Positions 1 to 8,967 of a stretch of 64,000 bases of DNA are shown one piece after another; the first letter of the stretch is position 1; every line of letters begins with the position of its first letter. The notes below the pieces were generated by a model, which was given only the letters and a program-made list of their open reading frames with translations, was not told where the DNA came from and ran no database searches. The position numbers were made by a program, and so were the translations under genes. Source of the stretch: Terriglobia bacterium (lineage in GTDB: Bacteria > Acidobacteriota > Terriglobia > Bryobacterales > Bryobacteraceae); assembly GCA_963752965.1 (NCBI GenBank), contig CAVWAJ010000007.1, positions 489,898 to 553,897 of the forward strand, given 5' to 3'.

Positions 1-359
1 GTGCGCAGCAACCCCGCCTTTGCGGTCACATCTGTAAACGTCCCGTCGCGGTTGTTCTTGTACAGACGGCTGACCGGAGCCTCGTCCGGCCCCCATTTGG
101 CCTCGAAGCGCGTGCCGTTCACCAGGAATATGTCCAGCCAGCCGTCGTTATCGTAGTCGAAAAAAGCAGCTCCGCAGCCGGTCGTTTCCATCAGGAATTT
201 ATTTCTGTGTTCGTTGCCAAAGATGGTCCTGGCACGCAGGCCCGCTTCGCGCGCGACATTTAAGAACTGCACCCCGAGAGGAACCCCGAGCACGAGCTGG
301 TCGAATGAGAAGACCGGAACGGTGGCGCAAAGCGACCGGATGAACTCTCTACGGCGCAT
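1..359 (-). CDS. CRTAC1/ASPIC-UnbV-type FG-GAP repeat protein, N-terminal part only (gene runs off the left edge)
   Basis: My own reverse-strand translation from the ATG at 359-357 reads MRRREFIRSLCATVPVFSF...GCGAAFFDYDNDGWLDIFLVNG...LYKNNRDGTFTDVTAKAG. It has a twin-arginine-like leader followed by FG-GAP/VCBS-type DxDxDG repeats. It is absent from the ORF track because the window edge truncates it. Confidence 0.7.
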   Translation of the reverse strand, partial: MRRREFIRSLCATVPVFSFDQLVLGVPLGVQFLNVAREAGLRARTIFGNEHRNKFLMETTGCGAAFFDYDNDGWLDIFLVNGTRFEAKWGPDEAPVSRLYKNNRDGTFTDVTAKAGLLR

Positions 360-706
360 GATGCGTGTTTGGACCTTCCCACGATTGTAGCCGACACTCG
401 TCACAAGCCCTTGGAATTTCGCAAGAAATCGAATGTAAACCAAATAGGCGGCCTGCAGGTCGTCGGGGCGCCTTTGTGCTATTTGTCACACTTATGGTGA
501 AGGCCGAAAGTCGGCTCATGCCGAAACGCCATTGTAACTTGCGGCAACAAAACGTGCGGCGCGCGTAACAATCCGGCTAATATACTGAAAACACGAGCCT
601 TGTTCGGTTTAACTGTAACAAACCGGATTTCCCCTTGTTCTCGTCACTAATATAGATCTATTATTCCTCAACTCGTTGTTATCTCGTTTGCACGGGTGAG
701 GAGAAT

Positions 707-3700
707 ATGCTCAGTTTGCGCAGGTTGGCTCTGTTCGCCGCTTCTTTCGCGCTGCTTTTGTGCCTCAATGGGACGCTCAGCGCACAACAGGTGTTCGGTA
801 GCATCGTGGGTACCGTCACGGACGCATCCGGTGCGGCGGTGAACAACGCCAAGATCACCATTACAGACATCCAAAAGGGCACCAAGTTCGAGGTGGCCAC
901 CAATGAGTCCGGCAACTATACCAAGGGCCAACTCATTCCGGACCAGTACCAGGTGAGTATTGAAGCGTCCGGGTTTCAGAAGACCGTGTCCAACCCGATC
1001 ACGGTGCAGGTCGATGCCGTGGCCCGCTACGACGTTGCCTTGCAAGTCGGGAATGTCACGCAGGAAGTGGAAGTGACGGCGACCGCCCCCTTGCTGCAAT
1101 CCGATCGCGCGGACGTACAGCAGACCTTCGATTTCCATCAGGTTGAGGAAATGCCCAGTGTGGGCCGGAATCTGCAAGCCATGGAGTTGTTGCAGCCGGG
1201 ATCGGTGCCATTTGGCTGGGCCCACGCCTCCGATGAGAACCCGCAGGGCAGCGTGCAGATGGTCGTCAATGGCCAAACGTTCGATGCCATGGGGTACGAG
1301 TTAGACGGGACTACCAATCAGGATCCGATCCTGGGAATCATTGTTATTAATCCAACCTTCGAGTCCGTTCAGGAAGTGAAGCAAGCCAACCAGGATTTCG
1401 ACGCCGAGTTCTCGTACACGGGCGGTGGACTTGCGAGCTACTCCACTAAATCGGGCACGAACGACTTGCACGGGAGCGCCTTCGAATATTTGCAGGTGAA
1501 CACTCCAGGGTTCCAGGACTTTGGCCGCAATCCCTTTACGAATGCCAACCCGGTGTACCGGCAAAACCAATTCGGTGGATCGATTGGCGGCAGAGTGATC
1601 AAAGACAAGTTGTTCTTCTTCGCCGACACGCAATTGAACCGCCAGGCGCAGGGCGGGTCTGTTAACACATCGGTGCCGACAGCCCTGAACCGTACGGGGA
1701 ATTTCAGTGATTGGCTGGCCATTAGTGGGAATTACCAGATCTACGATCCTGCCACCGGGAATGCGGACGGCACGGGGCGCCAGCCCTTCGCCGGCAACAT
1801 TATTCCACAGAGCCGTTTGAGCCCACAGGCGCTTGCGATCATGGCCTATTGGCCTCTGCCCAACAGCACCACGCTCGGCACAGTGGGCAATAACTACGAC
1901 GCCAGCGGTGCCGTGGCGATTACAGGCAACCTATGGGACACCCGGTGGGATTACTACCTGAACCAGAAGAATACAATTTTTGGCCGCTACAGCTACGGCG
2001 CCTATACTGAGCAGGCCCCGGGCGCATTCGGCCTGGAGGCCGGCGGTCCCAATGTCGGCAACTACGCGGGCAACTCCAACGCACTAAACCAGAGCCTTGC
2101 CGTAGGTTGGACCTATACGTTCAGTCCGACCGTTATTAACGAATTCCGGCTGGGCTACATGCGGTATCACGTTTTCGACGTGCCCAACGGCTATGGTACG
2201 GACCCCGCCACCGAAGCAGGCATTCCGGGCTTGAACCTAGACAAAACCTACACCTCCGGCATGCCCTATTTCGATATCCAGGATGCCGGTTACGGCGACG
2301 TCAAGCTGGGGTATGGTCTGGGCGTCAACCAATGCAACTGCCCGTTGACCCAGAGCGAGCGGCAGATTCAGTTCATCGATAACGTGACCAAGATCCATGG
2401 CAACCACAGCTTCAAGTTTGGAACGGATCTGCGCTATGCCATGAATTTGCGTGTTCCGAGCGACACCCACCGCGCCGGCGAGTTGTACTTCAAGGGCAAC
2501 CAGACCGGGTTTGTCTCCTCCCCTAACTCGTCCCCAATCGACGGTTTAGGGCTAGCCTCGTTCCTGCTCGGAGATGTGAACAACTTCGGGCGATATGTCA
2601 GCTCCAGTACGGACGCCGAGGAACGCCAGAAACGCTTCTTCTTTTACGGGCAGGATCAGTGGCGCGTGACGAACAAATTAACCGCTTCGATCGGTCTGCG
2701 CTGGGAAATGGTGTTTCCGGAGAGCGTGAATGCCAATGGAAATGGCTCCACGCTGAATTTATCCAATGGTTTGATGTACGTGTTTGGCGAGGGAGGCGTA
2801 TCCACGCACGGTATTCAAACCATGAACTGGCACGAATTTGCCCCCAGAGTGGGCTTGGCCTATCAGCTTGACAAGAAAACCGTCATCCGTGCTGGGTACG
2901 GCTGGTCATATAATCTGGGAACATTCGGCTCGACGTTCGGGCACAACGTGACGCAGAATCCGCCTATTCTAAGCAATCAACAGGTCCAGACTCAGTCATC
3001 TCAGACGTTCGATTCCGTGTTCACTCTTGCCCAGGGCCCGCCCTCTCCTCCAACAATAACTGTGGGTTCTAATGGGACTTTCCCGCTCCCCAACGGGATC
3101 TCGCCGCATTTCCGGCCCGCGGAGTTCACCATGCCGGTGGTCTATCAATACAACTTCACCGTTCAGCGGCAGTTCACAGACAAAATCACGATCAGCAGCG
3201 GCTACGTGGGCAATTCCCAGCGCCACGGATGGCTCGGGACCAGCAACACCATTAATCCGAATGAGGCGGAATGGATTCCGAATGGCAATGGTGGAGGAAC
3301 GTCAGTACAGCCGTACTTCGGGTTGTACGGATGGACGCAGAGCTTGGGTTATTACTGCAACTGCTCAAACCAACAATACAACTCCTGGCAATCTACGTTC
3401 ACGGTAAAGAACATGGCCGGTTGGACGCTGCAGGGAAGTTACACCTACCAGCATCTGACGGATTGGGATACGGCGTGGGACTCCAACTACTACTTCATCT
3501 ATGGCCCACAGAATGGAGCCGGTGGTTATGGCCAGAGCCAATTGCTACCCCACCATCAGATCTCGCTGGCAAACGTCTATGACGTCCCGTTTGGGCATGG
3601 CCAGAAGTTCGGTTCGAGCGTCAGCAAGCCGGTGGACGAAGTTTTAGGCGGGTGGACCCTCAGTTTGACTACGACCTTCTACAGCGGTCTTCCGTTCAGT

Positions 3701-4150
3701 CCAAGTATAGACAACTATGGGGGCGCGCTCAGACCGAGTGCAGGCCCCAACAATCGCCCCGATGTGGGAAGCGGGTCCCTGTATCCATCGAATCAGACCC
3801 GCAACCAGTGGTGGTCGGGTTGCCCTGCAGTGAACGGTACACCGGATTGTTCATCTGGCCCGTACGCATACCCGGCGGCCGGCACTTTCGGCAATTTCCC
3901 GATAGATACGCTGATCGGTCCGCATTTTATCAACTTCGATTTCATGGCGATGAAGAAGTTCAACATCACCGAGAAAATTTCCTTCGCCCTCCGCATGGAT
4001 TCGAGGAACTTCTTCAACCATACGAATCTCGGCAGTCCGAATAACGACGTCACATCGACGAATGCCGGCCAGATCACCGGCCTTGCCTTCGGCGGTGCCA
4101 ACGGCGTGGGGATGAGGACGCTGCAGTTCTCCGGAACCGTCAGGTTCTAA
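707..4150 (+). CDS. TonB-dependent outer-membrane receptor with N-terminal carboxypeptidase-regulatory-like domain
   Basis: 1147 aa. Signal peptide MLSLRRLALFAASFALLLCLNGTLSAQQ. Then a CarboxypepD_reg-like beta-sandwich (GSIVGTVTDASGAAVNNAKITITD...SGNYTKGQLIPDQYQVSIEASGF), plug-like and long barrel regions, and a C-terminal aromatic residue (...SGTVRF). GAGGAG Shine-Dalgarno sits just upstream of the ATG. Confidence 0.85.
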   Translation: MLSLRRLALFAASFALLLCLNGTLSAQQVFGSIVGTVTDASGAAVNNAKITITDIQKGTKFEVATNESGNYTKGQLIPDQYQVSIEASGFQKTVSNPITVQVDAVARYDVALQVGNVTQEVEVTATAPLLQSDRADVQQTFDFHQVEEMPSVGRNLQAMELLQPGSVPFGWAHASDENPQGSVQMVVNGQTFDAMGYELDGTTNQDPILGIIVINPTFESVQEVKQANQDFDAEFSYTGGGLASYSTKSGTNDLHGSAFEYLQVNTPGFQDFGRNPFTNANPVYRQNQFGGSIGGRVIKDKLFFFADTQLNRQAQGGSVNTSVPTALNRTGNFSDWLAISGNYQIYDPATGNADGTGRQPFAGNIIPQSRLSPQALAIMAYWPLPNSTTLGTVGNNYDASGAVAITGNLWDTRWDYYLNQKNTIFGRYSYGAYTEQAPGAFGLEAGGPNVGNYAGNSNALNQSLAVGWTYTFSPTVINEFRLGYMRYHVFDVPNGYGTDPATEAGIPGLNLDKTYTSGMPYFDIQDAGYGDVKLGYGLGVNQCNCPLTQSERQIQFIDNVTKIHGNHSFKFGTDLRYAMNLRVPSDTHRAGELYFKGNQTGFVSSPNSSPIDGLGLASFLLGDVNNFGRYVSSSTDAEERQKRFFFYGQDQWRVTNKLTASIGLRWEMVFPESVNANGNGSTLNLSNGLMYVFGEGGVSTHGIQTMNWHEFAPRVGLAYQLDKKTVIRAGYGWSYNLGTFGSTFGHNVTQNPPILSNQQVQTQSSQTFDSVFTLAQGPPSPPTITVGSNGTFPLPNGISPHFRPAEFTMPVVYQYNFTVQRQFTDKITISSGYVGNSQRHGWLGTSNTINPNEAEWIPNGNGGGTSVQPYFGLYGWTQSLGYYCNCSNQQYNSWQSTFTVKNMAGWTLQGSYTYQHLTDWDTAWDSNYYFIYGPQNGAGGYGQSQLLPHHQISLANVYDVPFGHGQKFGSSVSKPVDEVLGGWTLSLTTTFYSGLPFSPSIDNYGGALRPSAGPNNRPDVGSGSLYPSNQTRNQWWSGCPAVNGTPDCSSGPYAYPAAGTFGNFPIDTLIGPHFINFDFMAMKKFNITEKISFALRMDSRNFFNHTNLGSPNNDVTSTNAGQITGLAFGGANGVGMRTLQFSGTVRF

Positions 4151-4180
4151 CGCAGAGCGGTTGAGCCGCGATTGAATTAA

Positions 4181-4219
4181 GGCCGGCAGGGCAAAACGCG
4201 CTGCCGGCCTTTCGTATTT
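4181..4219 (+). terminator. Rho-independent terminator after the receptor gene (probably bidirectional)
   Basis: Perfect 9-bp stem ggccggcag (4181-4189) / ctgccggcc (4201-4209), 11-nt loop, then tttcgtattt. A second perfect palindrome ggccgggcatgcccggcc at 4227-4244 overlaps the stop codon of the convergent gene. Confidence 0.6.
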
Positions 4220-4243
4220 GTGAAGTGGCCGGGCATGCCCGGC

Positions 4244-6157
4244 CTACCGGCTGCCCACATTGGGATCGATCTTCTTCGCCAGCGCCAGCTCCGCCGCCGC
4301 TTCCGCTGTATTCTTCTCCTGTTCGAATGCCAGCCCTAGGCTGTAGTGAAGAGAAGCGTATAGAGGGTTTACGTCAATCCCTTCGCGATAGATCTTGATA
4401 GCGTCTTCGTACTGGCCTTTCGCATAGAGCGCGGCGCCCCAGTTTAGATAAGCCAAGACATAGTCGGGATCGATTTCTAGCGTCCGCTTGTATTCGGGAA
4501 TCTCGTCCCCGTTGCCCAACGCGCCATAGGCGAGTGCGAGGTTGAAGTGGGCGCCGGCGTCCTGGGGATAGAGCTGAGTTGCAATAGTAAGTATGCTGGC
4601 ACTAACGCTCGGGTTGCCTGCTTGCCCTTGCATTGCGCCGAGCCAGGTCAGCGCGCGCAGGAGGTGCGGATAGATCTTCAACGCTTCGAGCAATTCGTTG
4701 ACGGCGTCCTGCTGCTTGCCTTGTTTCCGCAGTTCCATCGCCTTGTTGAATACCGCTTCCGCATCCACGCGGAAATTCCGAGGCATTCGCTGCACCATGA
4801 CGTACTTTCCGCTTGCTTCGACGACATCGGAGAACTCTCCGGGCTGGAGCTTCAGCGCTGCTGCGCCCCACGCCGCGTCGAGTTGGCTGGCGTCGAGATC
4901 CCCCAGATAGCCGCCTTTGCTTGCCGTGACATGGTCGATCGAATTGGCCCGGGCAAATTCGAAGAAAGATCCTCCCGATAGAAGCTGCTGCCGGATTGCC
5001 GACGCTTTTTCCCGGTCATCCAAAACAATCATGCGGAGAAACAGATGCTTGGGAGTAACCGTGGTTCGCCATGCCGGGTTATGCGCCGCAACCTTGATCT
5101 TTTGCTCGGGATTGACGCGAATCCAGTGCTCCGCGATGACAAACGCGCCGCGTGTCTCGTCCAACATATGGCATCCGGCGCAGCCTGTCGTTCGATTCAC
5201 CGGGCACAGCGCCGCATGTTTCGTTACTGTCGCGCTATGGCATCGCAAACACGTCTTCTCGGCCCTGGCCTCCAGCACAGGACGGGGCGCATCCTGATGC
5301 GGGTCGTGACAGTTGATGCATGTAATCTCACCCCCGCTTTGACGCCAGCACTCGCTGTTCTTCAACGCCGTCACTTGATCCGAAATCAGCACGTCGTCCG
5401 GCATCGGATCTTCGACGATACTGGAGCCCGCATGGCATTGCGTGCATGGCCGCATCCGCTCGCCAATGGGCAGCTTGTTCGGATTCCACATGGCGAGGTC
5501 CCGAGAATGTGTACTGAGCGCGGCCAAATGCGGTTGGCCGGGACCGTGGCAGTTCTCGCAAGCCACGCCCGTCTCGACGCTCGTGCCGTGCGTTCGTGGC
5601 GCGCCGTGGCAGCTAAGGCATCTCCTCTCTAAGTACGGAGTTAATACCCGGCCCAAGGCCGTTTCATAAGTCGTGGGCTTCTCTTCGGGAAAACCGAGCG
5701 AGAAAGCGAGTTTGTTCTGCTGCGCATAGTGGAAGTAGCGAGCTTCGAGCAGACGCGAGACCGGCAGAGGCAAGCCTTGCAGAGCGGGAACGCGGAGCAG
5801 GAAACTGATTCCATGGCGCGAGCCGCCGACCATCGTTTCCACCGGAAAACCAACCGTCGCCTGCCCCGGCATTTGCACTTGAAATTGCAGACTCGGGCCA
5901 GTTCCTTTGATCTCGTACGCGATCGTAGGCGCCGGTCCCTCCGCATGCGTCTCGGAATAATTCACCGGGCGCTGCTGGGTACGAGGGTCCTGCCAGGTCC
6001 GCGCCATGTTTGTGCCCGATTGCAACTTGGCGATGTCCTTGTGGCAGCCGGCGCACACATCGCGCCCCAGATATCCGCTTTCGCCGGCGCTCGCGAGCGA
6101 TGAGACTATCAACAGCAGGTAGATCAGACGCACGGCTGGTGCAGTATTTGCCCGCAC
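4244..6157 (-). CDS. Exported multiheme c-type cytochrome (7 CXXCH) fused to a parvulin-like PPIase domain and C-terminal TPR repeats
   Basis: 637 aa with a signal peptide. Seven CXXCH motifs: CAGCH, CLSCH, CENCH, CTQCH, CINCH, CLRCH, CAGCH. Central PpiC/parvulin-like block (FFEFARANSIDHVTASKGGYLGDL...PGEFSDVVEASGKYVMVQRM). C-terminal TPR-like repeats (e.g. AHFNLALAYGALGN, AYLNWGAALYAKGQYEDAIKIY, LHYSLGLAFEQEKN). Confidence 0.8.
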   Translation of the reverse strand: MRANTAPAVRLIYLLLIVSSLASAGESGYLGRDVCAGCHKDIAKLQSGTNMARTWQDPRTQQRPVNYSETHAEGPAPTIAYEIKGTGPSLQFQVQMPGQATVGFPVETMVGGSRHGISFLLRVPALQGLPLPVSRLLEARYFHYAQQNKLAFSLGFPEEKPTTYETALGRVLTPYLERRCLSCHGAPRTHGTSVETGVACENCHGPGQPHLAALSTHSRDLAMWNPNKLPIGERMRPCTQCHAGSSIVEDPMPDDVLISDQVTALKNSECWRQSGGEITCINCHDPHQDAPRPVLEARAEKTCLRCHSATVTKHAALCPVNRTTGCAGCHMLDETRGAFVIAEHWIRVNPEQKIKVAAHNPAWRTTVTPKHLFLRMIVLDDREKASAIRQQLLSGGSFFEFARANSIDHVTASKGGYLGDLDASQLDAAWGAAALKLQPGEFSDVVEASGKYVMVQRMPRNFRVDAEAVFNKAMELRKQGKQQDAVNELLEALKIYPHLLRALTWLGAMQGQAGNPSVSASILTIATQLYPQDAGAHFNLALAYGALGNGDEIPEYKRTLEIDPDYVLAYLNWGAALYAKGQYEDAIKIYREGIDVNPLYASLHYSLGLAFEQEKNTAEAAAELALAKKIDPNVGSR

Positions 6158-6226
6158 GCCACAATTTTATCCACAATCACTACCGGCAACTCACACCCTC
6201 TGCCGTCTTTTTCATTTTGGGATAAT

Positions 6227-8131
6227 GTGTCCATGCTGCGGCTGTTTGCCGTGCTTTCGTTGGGAGTATGCGCCGCACGGGCCGAGCCCGTCGCCTTCTA
6301 CAAGGACATCGCGCCCATCGTTTACTCCTCCTGCGCACCGTGCCATCGTCCTGGTGAGCCGGGTCCCTTCCCGCTGCTCACTTATGAGGACGTGCGTAAG
6401 CACGGCCGGCAGATTGTCACGGTCATCCGGCGACGCTACATGCCGCCCTGGCTGCCTGAACCGGGCCACGGCGATTTTCAAGATGAGCGGCGTCTCACCG
6501 GCGAACAGATCCTGACTATCGCGCAGTGGGTGGACCAGGGCGCGCCAGCCGGCTCAGCGGCGGACGCTCCGCCGCCACCGAAGTTCGCTCCCGGATGGCA
6601 GCTCGGCGCGCCGGACCTGATCGTCGAAGCATCCGCCCCGTATCGTTTGCGCGCCGGCGGGCCCGACGAATACTGGAATTTCGTTCTGCCGCTCAAACTG
6701 GATGGCGCCCGTTGGATCAAGGCTATCGAGATCCGCCCCGGCAACGCCCGCGCCGTGCATCATGCCAACGTGCTCATTGACCGCAGCCGCTCGGCGCGCA
6801 TGCAGGAGAAAACACCGGGCGCAGGCTTTCCCGGCATGGACCTGAATATCGAGTCGGACACTTTCGATCCCGACAGCCATTTCCTGTTCTGGAAACCCGG
6901 CGGCACTCCGTGGATCGAGCCTGAAGGCATGGCTTGGCGCGCTGACTCCGCGACCGATCTTGTCCTGAACGTTCACATGCAGCCCACCGGAAAAACCGAG
7001 CTCGTGCAGCCTTCCATCGGACTGTATTTTACGGACCGCCCCGGAACGAAGTTTCCCATGCTGGTGCAGCTCGAACACGATGGCGCGCTCGATATTCCCG
7101 CCGGCAACGCGGACTTTCTGGTGACCGATGATTTCGTGGTGCCGATGCACATGGATGTCCTCGCCGTCTACCCGCACGCGCATTATTTGGGGCAACTGCT
7201 CGAAGGCTACGCCACGCTCCCAGGCGGCGAGCGCAAGTGGCTGATCCGGATTCCGAGTTGGGATGTGAACTGGCAGGCCGTATACCGCTACCAGCAGCCT
7301 GTGTTCCTCCCGAAAGGAACCGTGGTCTCCATGCGCTTTCATTACGACAACTCGGCTGGCAACCCGCGCAATCCCAACCAGCCGCCGAAGCGCGTACGAG
7401 GTGGCAATCAGGCGACCGACGAAATGGGCCATCTGTGGTTGCAAGTCTTGCCGCGCGAAGGCCATGATCGCCGCACGGAATTGCAGGAAGCCATCATGCG
7501 CCATCGGCTCGATAAGTATCCGGGTGATTTTTCGGCGCAGTTCAACCTGGGCGCGCTCCTTCTTGTGCGCGGTGGCAAGGCGGATGCCATTCCCTACTTG
7601 CGCGACGCCGTCGCGGCCCGGCCGGATCAGCCTGTGACGCTGAACACCCTGGGAGCCGCCCTGCTCTCTACAGGGAATGCAAGCGATTCGGCTAGCCTTT
7701 TCGAACGCGCGCTGCGCGCAAATCCCCAGTATACGAATGCGCGCTACAACTTGGCCAACGCGCTCGCGGAGCAGCAGCAGTGGGAACAGTCAGCGGCGCA
7801 GTTCCGCAAAGTGCTCGATGAGAGCCCGGACGATGCGGGCGCCCGCCAGCATCTGGGAGAGGTGCTTCGGCTCTGGGGCGACAAGCTGGCCACGGCGGGA
7901 AGCCTGGATGAGGCCGCCCTCAGGTTGCGGGAATCCCTGAGCTTCCGCGACGACGATGCGGAGTTACATAGCGACCTCGGTACTGTGCTGGCACGGCTCG
8001 GCCGAATCCGGGAAGCCGTGCCGGAGTTCGAACGGGCGCTGCTCCTCGACCCGCATTTAGAAGCGGCTCAACACAACCTGCGGGCGGCTCGCGCGCGGCT
8101 GGGCATGGATCAGCCGGAAGGAAAACGGTAA
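6227..8131 (+). CDS. Exported cytochrome c domain - PHM/DBH-like copper monooxygenase fold - TPR fusion protein
   Basis: 634 aa. GTG at 6227, or ATG at 6233 giving MLRLFAVLSLGVCAARA. N-terminal heme motif CAPCH followed by RRYMPPW. Then VHH (H178/H179), LNVH (H250), YPHAHYLG (H317/H319) and TDEMG (M400), which mirror the peptidylglycine monooxygenase copper ligands (HH..H / HxH..M). C-terminal TPR repeats. Confidence 0.75.
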   Translation: MSMLRLFAVLSLGVCAARAEPVAFYKDIAPIVYSSCAPCHRPGEPGPFPLLTYEDVRKHGRQIVTVIRRRYMPPWLPEPGHGDFQDERRLTGEQILTIAQWVDQGAPAGSAADAPPPPKFAPGWQLGAPDLIVEASAPYRLRAGGPDEYWNFVLPLKLDGARWIKAIEIRPGNARAVHHANVLIDRSRSARMQEKTPGAGFPGMDLNIESDTFDPDSHFLFWKPGGTPWIEPEGMAWRADSATDLVLNVHMQPTGKTELVQPSIGLYFTDRPGTKFPMLVQLEHDGALDIPAGNADFLVTDDFVVPMHMDVLAVYPHAHYLGQLLEGYATLPGGERKWLIRIPSWDVNWQAVYRYQQPVFLPKGTVVSMRFHYDNSAGNPRNPNQPPKRVRGGNQATDEMGHLWLQVLPREGHDRRTELQEAIMRHRLDKYPGDFSAQFNLGALLLVRGGKADAIPYLRDAVAARPDQPVTLNTLGAALLSTGNASDSASLFERALRANPQYTNARYNLANALAEQQQWEQSAAQFRKVLDESPDDAGARQHLGEVLRLWGDKLATAGSLDEAALRLRESLSFRDDDAELHSDLGTVLARLGRIREAVPEFERALLLDPHLEAAQHNLRAARARLGMDQPEGKR

Positions 8132-8133
8132 CT

Positions 8134-8967
8134 ATGTGGCCGATCCTTTTCTTGCTCCTACAGGCAAGCGCCCACCAGGCGGGCGTGCGGGCGTATAACG
8201 AGCATCGCTATGCCGACGCCGAGCAACACTTGAGCGAGGCGCTAAAGACGGAAGCTCCAAGAAGTAAGGAGTATCTGGAATCGGCCCTCTTTTTGGGCGA
8301 GACCCTGTACTTCCAAAAGAAGTTCGCAGACGCCATCCCGTGGTTCGAGAAGGCTGCGGCGGGAGGTTCGCAAACGCTGGTAGCCGAGTTCCTGTTAGGC
8401 AATGCCTGCCTAAAAGCGCACCAGGACAGGAAGGCCTTGACTGCCTTCGCCACTCTCTTTCAGGTGAGCCCCGATTCCCCGGCCGCTCACTTGTTGACGG
8501 CGGAAATGATGCTGCGGGGGCAACTGGAACAGGGTGCGGACTCCGAGGGCCGCCGCGCACTCGAAATCGATTCGCATATCCCTCAGGCGCACTTCATTCT
8601 GGGTGAGACAGCGCTCACCCGGGGAGACGCCGAAGAGGCCATTGTTGAATTCCAGAGGGAAATCGCCATCAATCCCAACTTCCCCATGGCATACTACCGG
8701 CTCGGCGAAGCCTACAGCAGACGCGCAGCCTGGGAGGACGCGATCTCGGCGCTCGAACGCTCCATTTGGTTGAATCCGAATCATAGCGGCGCGTACACAG
8801 TCTTGGGCAAGGCGTACCTGAATCACGGAGATCTGGATGACGCGGAGGGCGCTCTGCGGCATGCGCTCCAGATGGACCCGCGGAATGCGCCGGCCCATCA
8901 CCTGCTCGGAGAGACACTGATGCGTGCCGGGAAAACGGAAGAGGCCAAGAAGGAACTGGCACGGTAA
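8134..8967 (+). CDS. TPR repeat protein (tandem paralog 1)
   Basis: 277 aa. Starts 2 nt after the stop of the preceding gene. Hydrophobic N-terminus. TPR repeats throughout (AYYRLGEAYSRRAAWEDAISALERSIWLNPN, AYTVLGKAYLNHGDLDDAEGALRHALQMDPRN). Confidence 0.8.
   Translation: MWPILFLLLQASAHQAGVRAYNEHRYADAEQHLSEALKTEAPRSKEYLESALFLGETLYFQKKFADAIPWFEKAAAGGSQTLVAEFLLGNACLKAHQDRKALTAFATLFQVSPDSPAAHLLTAEMMLRGQLEQGADSEGRRALEIDSHIPQAHFILGETALTRGDAEEAIVEFQREIAINPNFPMAYYRLGEAYSRRAAWEDAISALERSIWLNPNHSGAYTVLGKAYLNHGDLDDAEGALRHALQMDPRNAPAHHLLGETLMRAGKTEEAKKELAR

Noticed and set aside
365-568. A 67-aa plus-strand ORF in the divergent intergenic region upstream of the TonB-dependent receptor.
   Set aside because: The region is AT-rich and promoter-like. 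The ORF has no SD, and its Arg/Cys-rich composition is unlike that of the real genes. More likely this is regulatory DNA.
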